From positions 4,216,001-4,280,000 of the forward strand of contig NC_092673.1 of NCBI RefSeq assembly GCF_964355755.1: 64,000 bases of DNA, given 5' to 3'. The notes below the pieces were generated by a model that was not told the DNA's origin, ran no database searches, and saw only the letters and a program-made list of their open reading frames with translations. The translations under genes and the position numbers were made by a program. The DNA comes from Antedon mediterranea. Its lineage: Eukaryota; Animalia; Echinodermata. Positions 46,001-58,710 of the stretch are shown piece after piece; the first letter of the stretch is position 1; each line of letters begins with the position of its first letter.

Positions 46001-49000
46001 ATGTTGACAAAACAAACTTGCAGAAAGGAATATTTATTATGACAAAACATCCTGGAGGATTTGAACACAGAACTATGGTATCAGTAGGAAAGCATCTGAA
46101 AATTTAATAGTACGTACAATTCAGTTGTGAATACAGGCAAGCCTTCTGGTAATTCTCTCAATCCTGCATGTGAACAATCAATCACTGTTCCTTCACAAAT
46201 ACAGAAAGCAGGACAATCTCTGTCAATGAAACACTCTCCAGCTTTGGAAGTTCTATGAAATTCTGAACCTGTGAGAGAAGAAAAATCAACCGTTTAACAA
46301 CAAAGATAATGATGAAAATGATTATGAAGGAATTAGATATGGGTGATTATGATGGCAATGACTTTGATAATGATGATGAGGAGGAAGTTGGGAAGGTTGA
46401 TGATTATGATTCTAATTTTGATAATGATGAAGTTTGAACATTATAATTTTGTGGCAAAGTTTGTCCAACACAACCAGTGGTGCATATTGTAAAGAGCACA
46501 TATCTCGGTGTATATAATAAATAAATGCAATGAATATGAAGTGGAAAAAGTGACATATGTTTATCGTTATTTGAATAATCCTCAGTCTTACCCTTGCACT
46601 TGTATTTAATTGGCTTCATAGTCATGAGGCGTTTTCTCTGCATCCTCCTTGGTGACTCGCAGCGAGCCTGGGTTGTCTCAATCGGATTCGCCTGAAGATA
46701 CTCGGCCAACCATTTCAAATTGCAGTCACAGATGAAGGGGTTGCGAGCTAAATGTCTGCAAGAAATCAGAAAGGAAACAATTCATAAGAAACATGAATTC
46801 ATGTGAAATTTGTTCATTAGTTTTACATCAATGTCTGTACGCTAATAGCCACACCCAATTAGGGTTAGATGATGTGTAACTCAGCTGTCCAAATGTGAAA
46901 TGCGCATTTCCTTGGACGGGACATTGGGTCAAGGACCTGCCGCCAGCACACATTGGAAATTTAACTGTAATACAGTATTTACACAATTTATTTCCTGTAA
47001 ATATTTTTTTTTTAATTCACCAAAATTATATAAAACATTTCTTTTTACTGTATATATCTGTTTTATAAATTCATCATTACTATTTTCTAGATATGAAATA
47101 AATAATACTTTTTTATTATCCATAGGCAATTTAAATTTATGAAATTTAGTGTATAAATAAATTTAAATTGAATATTCTAGATTCTATAACATAATGAAGT
47201 TTGCTTAAATAATATTACTCATTAATTTGACCTTCTAGTGGAGCCAACTGCTGGTCACCTATTAAAGAACAACAAAAATTGACCGGTCAAAACTGTGGCC
47301 ACAAAACTAAGCCTAAACAGACCCTATGTTTTAAAACTTTTCAGGGACGAATAAAGAAGTTGATAACATTTATGTTTATGTTATTTTATATCACATACAT
47401 TTAATTTTATTTTGACTAAACAACAATAAGAAACAAGGCAAACATATGATTCAACAGTTGAATGAAACATTTACCCCCACTAACCTTTCAATGACATTCC
47501 CCCAGTGTATATTATCAAAATATTACGTTTAATAATCTTAAAATGTTCAAGGATAAACGCATTACATGGCTAAAGCGTACACCTTTTGTTGATTACCCCC
47601 GGGGATACAAACAATGAGAGAAACTTGTTTCGGCCAAGTGTTTTAACTCAATGATTTGTGACTTTTTATGAGCCACGGATAGCGATTAGTTTTTGTGTTA
47701 AGAAACTCAATATCAATTTGCCTATAGTGTGTGTGGGTATGTTTGGGAGTATGTTTGAGTACAAATAGTATTATTGTTATTTATTATGTATTATATATAT
47801 AATATATATATATAAATCCAAAGGCAAATTACTGAAAAAATGACAATGCTGTGGGTATCAGTGGCTGGATCTCAATGGAGATACAAAAAAAAAAAAGGCG
47901 AAAAGCTAAATCAAAACGATAAAGTAAACAGCCAGAAAAGTTAGCAGAGCTTTTGGGCAACACTAGCCCTTCATCAGTGCAAGTGAGGGAATTTGGATAA
48001 AGTCATAGCATAATATATATATAATATATATATATAATAATAAAATATTTTTCCTAATATAATCTTTCATTAATTAAATTATTTAGTTATTCAATTTTGT
48101 CAAAAATCACTTTCCTGATAATTAACACAAAGCAACACAAATAAATTTTTCTCAAATACACACTTAAACAGTAATTTATATGTTAGTTAAATGTTCAAAA
48201 CATAAGCAATAACCATTGAAAAAAGTTTTCATCTGAACACAGGACTATGGGAATATATCTAAGCATTTATCAAACTACCAACCTACTAATCAAAATCTAA
48301 ATATGCTTTGTAATTCATTCTGAATGCGAATTCAAAACACTTGGAATCCAACGTAGTTACTTCAGATAAGATTCGCATACTAATGTTAATGACGCTACTT
48401 TAAACCTGTATATGGTTAAGTCTACTTCACAAATCGGTCCAAAGTGAAGTAAATAGGGTAAACTTCCTACGAGGAAGGTCGGTATCGGAACACCGCGCAG
48501 ACAATCTCAATTTACACCACAAAACCAGAGTGAATCAACAGTATGAGTGTACTAATTCACATGAGATGCGAGCATAGATATTCCAAGTGACCATGATTTT
48601 TTTTTGTATGACAAATTTCGGGAATGTTTGTGTGTAAATGCATTGTTCCAAGTGACCATGATAATTTTTTCTAAGAAAAATTTCAACTTTCGGGGTTGGA
48701 ATGTGCGCCCCATGTGAATATACATTTGTCTTTGTAAACATGTTTGTTTAACAGGTGTGATTGCATTGTTAAACGGACACATGAAAAACTTCCTGCGGGT
48801 CTGTGTGTCGTAAAGATTCACCTTTACACAACCCAGAGCCGAGCTCAGGGTATCCGTCTTTCTTCTGTCCACAATGGATTCACGTAATTAATATAATGCG
48901 ATTGCAACGATGATACACTGTTGAGGATAGATTCACACTAACTAAGGGTTTCTGAACTGTGTGATGACTCAACTAAGAAGACTAATTTCACCGGATTGTT

Positions 49001-52000
49001 TTTGTTCAGGGAGAAGCAGATGACCAATAAGATGTCCAGTGTATGACCGCATAAAATCACATATTTCTTGCATGATTCATGTTTACGAGGACATACTTAC
49101 AAATCGACTATTAGAGGCTGGAAAATAAACTAAAAGATTGTAAATTAAGCTGTCTACACTATCAAACTAGTTTGACAAAAAAAGCCGAAATATGGTAGTG
49201 ATATGTCCAAATATGGTAGTGATATGACATCATCAAGTCCATATACGGGCACATCAAACACATAATAGTGTAGACAGAGCTTTAAACAATGCTATTGTTG
49301 ATAATCTTTCTAGGAAAATTAAAATATATCTGTGTCATGGAAACTACCAACAGAAGGAGACAATAGAACGGTGTTTGACATGACCTAATATGACATGACA
49401 TGACCTAATATGCCTACTTACATTAAGGAATGACAAGTTTAATATTTAGAAATTGATACATAATACCATATGCTGACAACATGCAATTTAAAACATGTTT
49501 TGTATTTATAAAACGGTTGGTGAAACAAGATGAGCAATAAACACTGATTTTTGCACATATTCAGAAAAAAGTTTTTAAGAATGTTTAATTTAATAATAAT
49601 AGTTCATTTAAAAATTAAAAGTGATTTTGTATTTGTTGTATGGAAGATTTATTCTGAAATAAAGTGATCAATTAATAGCTTAAATTCTAATTTTTTTTTA
49701 CTCAATTGAAAACGTATCTATTGACAAGGTCAGATAATTACAAAATGGTCAGTCTGACCAATTGACCTAATTACATGTCAAAATATATTTACTTTTTAAA
49801 TAAAACTACCATTGGGTTACAGCAGATTATTATATCTACTGGTGTCACAGGGTTGAGATTTCACCCAGCGGAGGTAATCACTCAGAATTAAGGGATCTAA
49901 GTGTCACCTACTCATGTTGCAATTAACGCGGCTTTCAATTAGAAACGACAGGCCAACTCTCTGTCACTCAGCGACGTTGGTAACCCCACATGTCAGACGA
50001 AAGTTCACTAATTTCATAACTTCATCCTCATCTACTCACAGATCTAATAGGTTTTGAATTAACTGGAACCAGAGATTAAATTTTCAACCAGAAACTAAAA
50101 TTATCTCGTCAATTATTTGACTTTACCTTGTACCTTTTGTAGTCATAGCGACTATGAAACATAGTGAGACTAAAATGCCCCTTTTAACCATGATTTTTGG
50201 TATATATTAAAGATTGGTTACAAGAACAGGTTGGATATGAAAATTTAGTTTTTAATCTTCACAGTCGGTAATCATTTTATAGGTGGATCATAATTATATC
50301 TAAAATATTGTGGAAAATGTTAACGTTTATTCATAAAATCAATTTAAGCAACACAAACATAAAAAAACCGAAAGAAGGATTGTGTTAACCTAGGATTTAT
50401 AATTAGAGTAATTGAAAAACATGAATAGACAATGATTCTAAAAGAGAGGTTGTTCGAAAATGATACTGAATAATTGAGTATTGAAAGAATACAACACATT
50501 AAAAGGCCACAAATGGCTACCACATGAAAGATGTAACCACATGACAAACACCACCAATCAGGTCATCTTCTTCACTCAAAAAATCTAGACATATTTTTAC
50601 AAGGATATTCTGCCACAGAGAAATTGATATATCTACAGTATTTGGACATAATGTCTATAAAATCTTTCACCAGCTCATCCAACATAAAACTATTACAAAT
50701 AAAACTCAAATTTAATAAATTTCCTTTGTAAACTATTTTATAAAGTATATTGCAACTATTTAATGACTAGTAGGGCGGAAATTGACCATTTGAGACCCAC
50801 AAGGGACACCCATCCTTCCACGTGCAATGATGTCACAGATGTCACACATGACATGTTATTTTTTTGTCACTCAAGAGACCAAATGGGAAGGATGATGTAG
50901 GCTTTGATTGTATGACAAATGTATTACAGCACCAAGGACAATAATAAAGTAATAATGTTATGGGCACTCTCATAGTTTGAAGGTGAAATCCATACTTTAT
51001 GAAATGACAATTAAATAATGCTATAGTTGAAGGACTTTATACTTCCTCCATGTTTCCTTGAAGTCTGGCATTGATTGCTAACAACTCATATTAAAGTTTT
51101 ATACCTTATTTGGCACCTTTCGTATCAATTTTCTACATAAGGTTAACTTTCTGCAAAAACAATAGGAACTTGAACTGCAAGTATAGATTTGTCAAGCCTA
51201 GGCATTTACAGCACCAACCAGATAAAATTCTTGAAATTTAAAGCGATATTAGGAGTTTTAATATTTATATTGAGGAACATACATTTATGAATAAAATAAA
51301 ATAAATAAATAGTATATTAAAACTTGTATGTTGTATTAATTATATAATATAATCTTGTAATTAATGGTTTATTCTACAAAGATTTTTCTTTTTTTGTATG
51401 TATTGAGTGACACTGAAATAAAGTGTATGTTCTGTCTAATAAATAAAAAATGAAAATGCATCATATTATTTTTTATTATAAGATTATCAACAGAAGATAA
51501 TGATAGACAAGGGGTAATTAATTAGCAATTTCACTATTACTAATTATATCTCATAAACTTGGAATAGAAACCTAGCTGTCAGTAACAATAAGTTTTGTAT
51601 GTGCAAATTGATCCATACAATTAAAATACAATATCTTTGGTTTTAAATTTCCTCAATCAAAGCCAGTCTGTAAATATCAAATTCTCATTAAATCATTCTT
51701 GATTTCAATATGCCATTTAAGACATAGAAGAATGCACGTAGTCAGACATCATCAAAATAGAACTAAAATCCTAGAATATGCAATTGTACAAAATGGGCCA
51801 TCAAAACACATATTAATCACCTATTTCTGTATTATGTGTCAATTTCTTACCATAGGACATAAATTTGTTCTGTAAAATATAAAACATCAAGTTGTCTGAA
51901 CTTTCTCTTTCTATTAGGTTAAACTCAGGTATTAACTCAGAGGAGGTCATTACTGTCCCTAAAAACAAGTAAATTCCATAAACAAATCAATAAATTAATA

Positions 52001-55000
52001 ATATAATATACAGCATGAATAAAAATGGAGAAAAACACATTTTTGTGAATGATGTCATTTTTATGTATTGTATTGTTGACTGAGAATTGCTATGGTCATC
52101 AGCAAAGTACAGATGGACAGATGTTGGACAATAATAGAATTAAAAGGGATGTGGTGTAACCCATAAAGGCGTAATCTTTTTACTAAAAACCTTAAATCAC
52201 ACACCACAAATGATTTAATTATGTCACTGTGTTGAAGGTGAAGTGTTTATTACCTAAAATAACCACTAATAACTAAAATCACACAATAGTGGAAAAAGAG
52301 CCTAATCTGCTGTATAATCGCAATTGGAAAGTAACCAGAGAAAAGAACATTATTTCTGAATAAAGAGGTCGGCGGATTAACTGACTATCATCCTTCAGTA
52401 TATAATTCGTAGGATTTTTTTAATTATGCTTAGGTAATACACTTATATTTGACAGTATTGTTCGGTGCATTTAATTACCTCAACTATATGTTTGATAGCA
52501 TTATTTGCACAATACGACTTTGACAGAGTGACAGGTAAATACAATACAATTGTGGAGAGGGACACGCAGCTTAAGCCCTGTCTACACTATCAAACTTTAT
52601 GTGACAAAAAATGTGATGTGCCCATATATGGACATGATGATGTCATATCACCACCATATTTGAGCATATTACAGTACTATCATTTGGGCACATCACACTT
52701 TTTTTGTCAAACTAGTTTGATAGTGTAGACAGAGCTTTAGAATTATAAAATGACAAAAATGAAAATATTAAGAGCGTTAAGATCAGGTTTTTCAAATATC
52801 TTTATAAAATTAAATATATTCTTTCAATCTGTTTTTCTCTCTCCTTAACAATTTCCGAAAGTTTATTATTGTGTCTGTTTAGTCTCGAAGATAACAACGA
52901 TTAAGATGAACACTCAAAAGTTTTTAACTGATAAACTACTAATGTTTACATCAACAAATTACAAGTTAATCACTACATTTTATTGATACCACTTAAACAG
53001 CTTCTAGCTTTTATGTTTTAAAGATACTTCAATGTATCAAAATGTAATGTGTTTAGAACAAAGTGAACTACTTGTCTTATCATCTCACTTCGCCCGCCGT
53101 CACCTAGCATGCACTCTAGATTTTAACTATTTTATGTTATCTCAATTCGGTTATGTTTATATCAACCTTGGAAAATTGTATAGTTCAAATAAATTCCATT
53201 TGGAAGGTGGACAGGTAGCAGTTATAAAATATAAAATAATTTAATTCATAATTACAGGTAACTGGACCATACAATAGATAATTGAAGAGCCCTTAGGCCC
53301 TTATGATTGAACGGAACAAATTGGGGAAAAATAGACCCAAGGGGTAGTAAATTTAATACAATAATTCAAATACTTATATTGAAATTGACTAAACATGTCT
53401 CTTCCAATCTAGAGTTTGCATTTGGGAACCTATACTAATGAGAACATTCCAAAACCTTTTTGTTGACCCTGCTGTACTGATCAGTGTATAAAAATGTCCT
53501 GATCAAACTTGAGTTATTACTTATTTGATGGCTGTGTTAAGTACAGAAACTATTTTGTTCATAAAAGTAGGGATCTAGTTTCCTGTTTAGAGACATTTTA
53601 AATAAACACAGAAATGAAATGCTTATGGCATAACAAGCACGACAAGTCAATTGTAAAAACGTTGTTTATTGAATTTTGCATTAGCTACCAAATTGGGATA
53701 AACATTAGGTCTAGGAGAACTTTTCCATATAAATTTAAAAAGGTGTTTTTGACAAATGCATTGACAAAGCTTATAGTAAGGACTTGTTTTCTGGTATTTT
53801 AGGGTCAAAGCAAGTGGGGGTAAAACTGATGATTGGATAATAAAAGCTCAACTATGTAGAAAATTTACAGGCTTATACAAGGAACCTACTATACTAAAGT
53901 AGGAGAAATTGTTTGCATTAAAGCAATTACTATTACCCCTTTAACACTTTCACTTGAACAAACTGAAAGTAAAGTCCATCCTGCCCCCTAACATTATCCC
54001 CACCTCCCACTAATCCTCTACAATATCCCCTCAGATTATTTCATACCCTCTTATTCTAAATGAATTGCCCATGTAACCTTTCAAGATGAAAAGTTGACAT
54101 TCTGCTTCCTAAACTATTTGAAAAAGTCAGGTGATTTTGTAGTTTTCTTTCACTTGTAATTGATGGTTTATGGCATCGTTGATCATAAAAAGTTGTTGCT
54201 GAAAAGAAAGAATACAGTAATAGTAATAGTAATAGACTTACAGAGTCTGTATGCTCTTGAGTGGAGTAAATGTTCCATTGGAGATTGACTTGAGGTTGTT
54301 GTCATATAATGATCTACAGAAAGGAAAATTTTAAAAGAAAGATTGTTTTATAAAATCATTTTAACAGATACAAATGCAAGAATTAGCTTGATTAGGTACA
54401 AAGAAAGAACCAAAATTCATGTTGTCATAAGGAGGTGAACTACGGTAAAATTTTTCTTTTAGTAATTGTTTTGCACTTTGTGGAAAAGGGCTATTGTCAG
54501 GTTTATCCAGGTAGACAGGCACGTAATAGACTCATGTTGTCATAAGGCTCAGATGTATGTTTGTTCATAGTGGTGTGTCAAAACTCCTTTAATTGGACAC
54601 TCTATTTTAAGATTTCTTAAGGTCCCAAATTTGTTTCTTCCATATGATGTAAAGGGTATCTGAACGTCAGGCATTCATAGACTTCATTCAAAAGAGCAAG
54701 ACTCTAGAACTTTGGGATTGGAAGTCATGCATGAAAATTACTAATTGAAAACATTAGAATTTGTACTTTTAACACCCATTCCAAAATTTAGTTTATAAGT
54801 TAATATAAAATAAACATTTCAATTCCTTCTTAAATCTTACAGAAGTTTAAGGTTGGCCAGATCACGGAAGAGATTGGTGCGAATGCAGGAGATTCGGTTA
54901 GCATTCAACAACAAGAGCTGGAGATGCATCAATCCTTGAAAAAGATCTTCTGGTAGTTCTGTCAGCTGATTGCCATACAACACGCTTAAAAAATACAAAC

Positions 55001-55606
55001 ATTTAACAAAACATAATTAGTTTAATATGTGGAAGATTAATTGCATATTGTTTCCAATAATTATCACCTTTTACAAATATTTCTTTCAATATTTTACATT
55101 CATTTTCTTTTTATATCATCATTAATTTTTCATTTTGTAAACTTACAGTGAGTTAAGGAGCTTTAATCCATTGAACGCATCAGGTGAAATTTCCTCAATT
55201 TGATTACTACTCAAGTCACTGAAAAAGTAATAAAATTATATTATAAATAAGTTGTATTTTAGTAAGTTTTGTGCATAATGTACAAACATACTGTATTCCT
55301 TCATCATGCAATTCCACAAACTTCCATAAAAAGATAAAATTTGAAGTTTATAAACTTTATTTAAAATGTAATAATTTTAAGAAAATAACCTAAGAAAAGA
55401 AAATACAGAACTAAAAAAAAAATGTAAGAACAGTTTACACCTGAAACTCAACGGCAGTTAAATATAGGACACATTGTAACTTAATAATTATGCGGTAATG
55501 TTTATTGAATTTCATAAGAATTCAAAAAGCTTACATTCTTCCTAGTTTGCTGTAAGGTGAGAACGCACGCGGGGGTATGCTAGTAATCTGGTTCTGTTCC
55601 AATCGC
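34003..55606 (-). CDS. slit: Slit homolog (LRR D2-D4, EGF1-6, laminin G, EGF7, C-terminal cystine knot); 5' exons lie beyond the window end
   Basis: 24 exons in frame: 55606-55535, 55218-55147, 54984-54841, 54313-54242, 46755-46592, 46268-46118, 45906-45832, 45412-45341, 44867-44796, 42115-42044, 41566-41495, 41167-41004, 40542-40410, 40287-40219, 39269-39198, 39109-39038, 38372-38301, 38183-38020, 37240-37027, 36765-36626, 36316-36223, 36084-35348, 35008-34799, 34265-34003. Many are 72-nt phase-2 LRR exons. Motifs: [64 protein letters not shown]. Confidence 0.96.
34573..34712. mobile_element. MITE family A copy
   Basis: TIRs with TTA TSD; last Slit intron. Confidence 0.85.
36830..36970. mobile_element. 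MITE family A copy
   Basis: Shared internal sequence, partly deleted left TIR. Confidence 0.75.
37509..37825 (-). mobile_element. Hairpin element, copy 2 (inverted), in a Slit intron
   Basis: Reverse complement of 28747-29063, with only about 2 substitutions seen by eye. Confidence 0.75.
38515..38688. mobile_element. MITE family A copy interrupted by a (GACC)n-containing element (HINE/Helentron-like)
   Basis: Left end AAGCTCTGTCAAACTTTATGTGAC and right part ACCATATTTGGG..GTCAAACTAGT are separated by about 110 bp (38540-38648) with GACAGACCGACCGACCGACCGACATAGTGAACTATAAGAGTCGCGT. Confidence 0.65.
41909..41981 (-). mobile_element. Degenerate tRNA-like/SINE fragment
   Basis: Minus strand TGGTCTAATGTTTAGGACACCTGC...GGTTCTGGGTTTGAATCTTG. 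Confidence 0.4.
44160..44590. repeat. About 185-bp degenerate tandem duplication, about 2.3 copies
   Basis: AAATGAAGTGCAAT..AAAGATGAG.AGAGTAATT.AAACCAAGAAAG..AGATTTGAAAGCAGAAGAATATAATATA occurs at about 44221 and 44403. Confidence 0.8.
47944..47980 (-). ncRNA. Degenerate minimal type I hammerhead ribozyme motif (Penelope-like element remnant)
   Basis: Minus strand GCA-CTGATGA-A-GGGC-TAGTGTT-GCCC-AAAAGCTC-TGC: core CUGAUGA, stem II GGGC/GCCC and stem I GCA/TGC; the core GAAA reads AAAA. Confidence 0.55.
49148..49281. mobile_element. MITE family A copy
   Basis: TIRs and shared internal sequence. Confidence 0.8.
52574..52736. mobile_element. MITE family A copy
   Basis: Near-perfect TIRs with TTA TSD. 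Confidence 0.88.
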
Positions 55607-55715
55607 CTGAAAGAATAAACAAAGTTGTCAAATTGTTGAAATTCGAGAATTTTAAATAAACTCCATCATAGCAATATTTCGTATTCTCATCTCATAGCAA
55701 CATATCCGGGAAGTA

Positions 55716-56175
55716 TATGAGAATATAAGCTAGGTTGAACAACCTAATCAAATTCAAATGTAGTAAATATGATATTAATATGGTTGATTATGCATAAGAA
55801 CCAATTTGCATAAATGCTTTGTGTATTCACACATGAAACTTTCATATTTTGAAATTTATTCAGGGAGATTATGAGAAAATAAGCTAGTTCAACCACCTAA
55901 TCAAATTCAAATGTAGTAAATATGATATTAATATGGTTGATTATGTATAAAAACCAATTTTCATAAATGCTTTTTGTATACACATGAAACTTTCATATTT
56001 TGAAATTTATTCAGGGAGATTATGAGAAAATATTCTATTTCATCAACCTAATCAAATTCAAAATGTATGTTATAAAATATTATATGTTTGAGAAAAGTAC
56101 ATAAAAAAAATATTTTCATATTTGAAACTTATTCAAATAGATTATGAGAAAATGTGCTATTTCAGCAACCTAAAC
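55716..56175. repeat. About 150-bp degenerate tandem repeat, about 3 copies
   Basis: TATGAGAAAAT..ACCTAATCAAATTCAAA..CACATGAAACTTTCATATTTTGAAATTTATTCAGGGAGAT recurs at about 55716, 55868, 56018 and partially at 56140. Confidence 0.8.
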
Positions 56176-57565
56176 AAAATATATTAAAATATTACAAAAA
56201 CAGTACATTTTGAATATGATTTATACACATACATTTAATATTTCATATATAGGTCATATTCATATTTCATCTACCTTTAAAATAATTTGACCATGATGTT
56301 AATTACATTTAGCAACTATTGGTTTTTTTTTCACTGCAAAACGCATTATTATAATTTGATAATCGTAAGACTACCAAGTGTCTGGACTAACATTAGGAAT
56401 CGCACTTCCAACATTGAACTTTTACTCCATTAACAACGAAAAAAAGAATTCAACCCCATTCAGAGGCTCAGATACCAAAAAGGTTAACAAGTCAAACCAC
56501 AACATCAGACTTCAATCAGAAGGGATATTTTAAAGTACAGTATATTGGGGATGAAGTGTTACCCTGAAGGTGATACTATTGAGAGAGCAGCATTCAGCTA
56601 AGAAACAGCTTTTGATACCACTGGTTTTACCTGTAATTACTGCTATCATCTCTAGAGTATTGAACTAATATAGCAGATCAAATTTGGATGCGGATTTTTT
56701 AGTGGTAAAGACCACCGTGATCTGAGAAGAATTCTTTGAATTTACTTTACTTAACATAGAATTAAATGTATCTAATTAAATTAATGCAATATTTTATTTT
56801 AACCATAAATTTTTAAACAAATTGATGATTGATGACATTTGTTAATACAGACAGTGCAGTGTACAGTATTTAGAATTGTCACTGGCGGGTTAAATCAATT
56901 TTCTCACTCTATTTTAGTAATATATCAAAATTAATAAGCAAAAAAAAGCAAATAACGATGTTTCATCCGGGAGATTTTATTTTGATTCAACATTTACTTA
57001 ATAAAAAAATACCAATGATATATTTCGGATTATATAAATTTAAAACAATTTAGTTCAATAGCTGATTGCAGAGTTCTCAAAGTGGTTTTGTAGCAAATAA
57101 GAAGATTTTCTTTAAAAAATATCCCAAAGCCAAAGTAATTAAGCAATATACAAATTCAACTCAATTCTGGGTGGTGTGTTTAAACAAAATGTTTATTGTC
57201 AATATTGCTGGTCTAACTGAATAATCTTTCATCCTGGTTCCTTTGGGCATTTGGTTTACCACCAAAAGTACTTTCAGATAGATTTAGTAGGGCAGTGAGA
57301 ATTGAGATACTATTTTAGGTGAAATACAAGCCAAACAGGTAAAAAACCAGGTGGATAAGGAACACCTGTTAATCATATTATTCTAGAAACCCAAAAAATG
57401 TATTTAATGGTCTTTGGAAATGTATTACAATTATCTATTTAGTTTGCTTTTATTAGGCATCTATTCTTATAAACCAAGATGCCATTTGTAAGAAAGATGT
57501 TCTAACATTCCTCCGTTAAATATTATTAAATGAATTAACAATTTAATCTGTAGAACCCCTAATAA

Positions 57566-57722
57566 AGCTTGGTTTCCACTGGGATTCAAGCAAGGACGTA
57601 AACACAAACTGCAAGCAAGTTGACCAATGACAATCGACGGTTTGAATAATCTATAGCCTGGGATTGGTCAAATTACTTGTTGTGCCTACATCCTTGGGTT
57701 GCATCCTAGTGGGAACCAAGCT
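57566..57722. mobile_element. MITE family B copy nested in a Tigger-like remnant (57549-57869)
   Basis: AGCTTGGTTTCCACT...AGTGGGAACCAAGCT; the flanks join to TGTAGAACCCCTAATAA..GCTACACCTTCGGGAC...GAGGTTCTAATGTA. Confidence 0.7.
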
Positions 57723-58574
57723 TTAGCTACACCTTCGGGACCCAATAAAATGTCGCCTGAATAAGAGTTGGCCATAACGTATGTTATTCCTTGTTTGTTT
57801 CAAGTGTCTTATCAATAGGGATGTCTCCAGAAAAAGAGGGTTGGTGGGGGAGAGAGAGGTTCTAATGTAGACAAACAAGAATGTGAACTCGGTTGCCTGC
57901 CCACATCACAGTGTAACCCACACCATAGAGATACCGACATACTCTCTGTCACATTCACATCATACCATTGCAGCTACCACACACTCAATTACAAGTGAAG
58001 TTGTCAAATCAGCCGACAAACCAACATTTCACACTTAAATTAAGCAGATATGAATGACACTTGACAGAACAAAAATTGAAAATATTTCATATATTTCATT
58101 GACTATCAGCTGTTTAATCATGTGATTTACAGTGAAACCCTGGAAAGTTAATGTTGAATTTGAGAAAACTATTGTCGATACCCAACTGCTGACTGCACTC
58201 ATCAACTTTGGTCTGATGAAAGAGAAGATCAAAGGTACTGGTGAAAATGTGAATCCCAAGAGGAAAAGAGAAATGTTCATTTCACAGCTTCATAAACACA
58301 CTCTGTGGATGTCACTCTTATGGATGTCACTGTTGGAGTCCAGTGTTAACAGACAAAACCATTAAATGTCTGGAATTGTTAAGGAAGAATAAATAATCCA
58401 AAAGATTATCTATAATTAAATTTTCAAAAGTTGATTTTATGTTTAAGTGATGGTTAAAGGTTGTCATTGTGTGAAGCCTTAGGGTATTAGAAAAAATATA
58501 CACCTCTGTTTAAATAAAGCATCAATTTATTCTCCAATGCAAGCTAAGAAGTATAAGAAATGTTTGTAATGTAA

Positions 58575-58710
58575 AACTCTGTCTACAGTATCAAACTTTA
58601 TGTGACAACAATATGTGATGTGCTCATATGGACATGATGATTTCATATCACTACCATATTATTTGGGGACACTTTTTTTGTCAAACTAGTTTAAAAGTGT
58701 AGACAGAGCT
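58575..58710. mobile_element. MITE family A copy
   Basis: TIRs and shared internal sequence. Confidence 0.8.
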
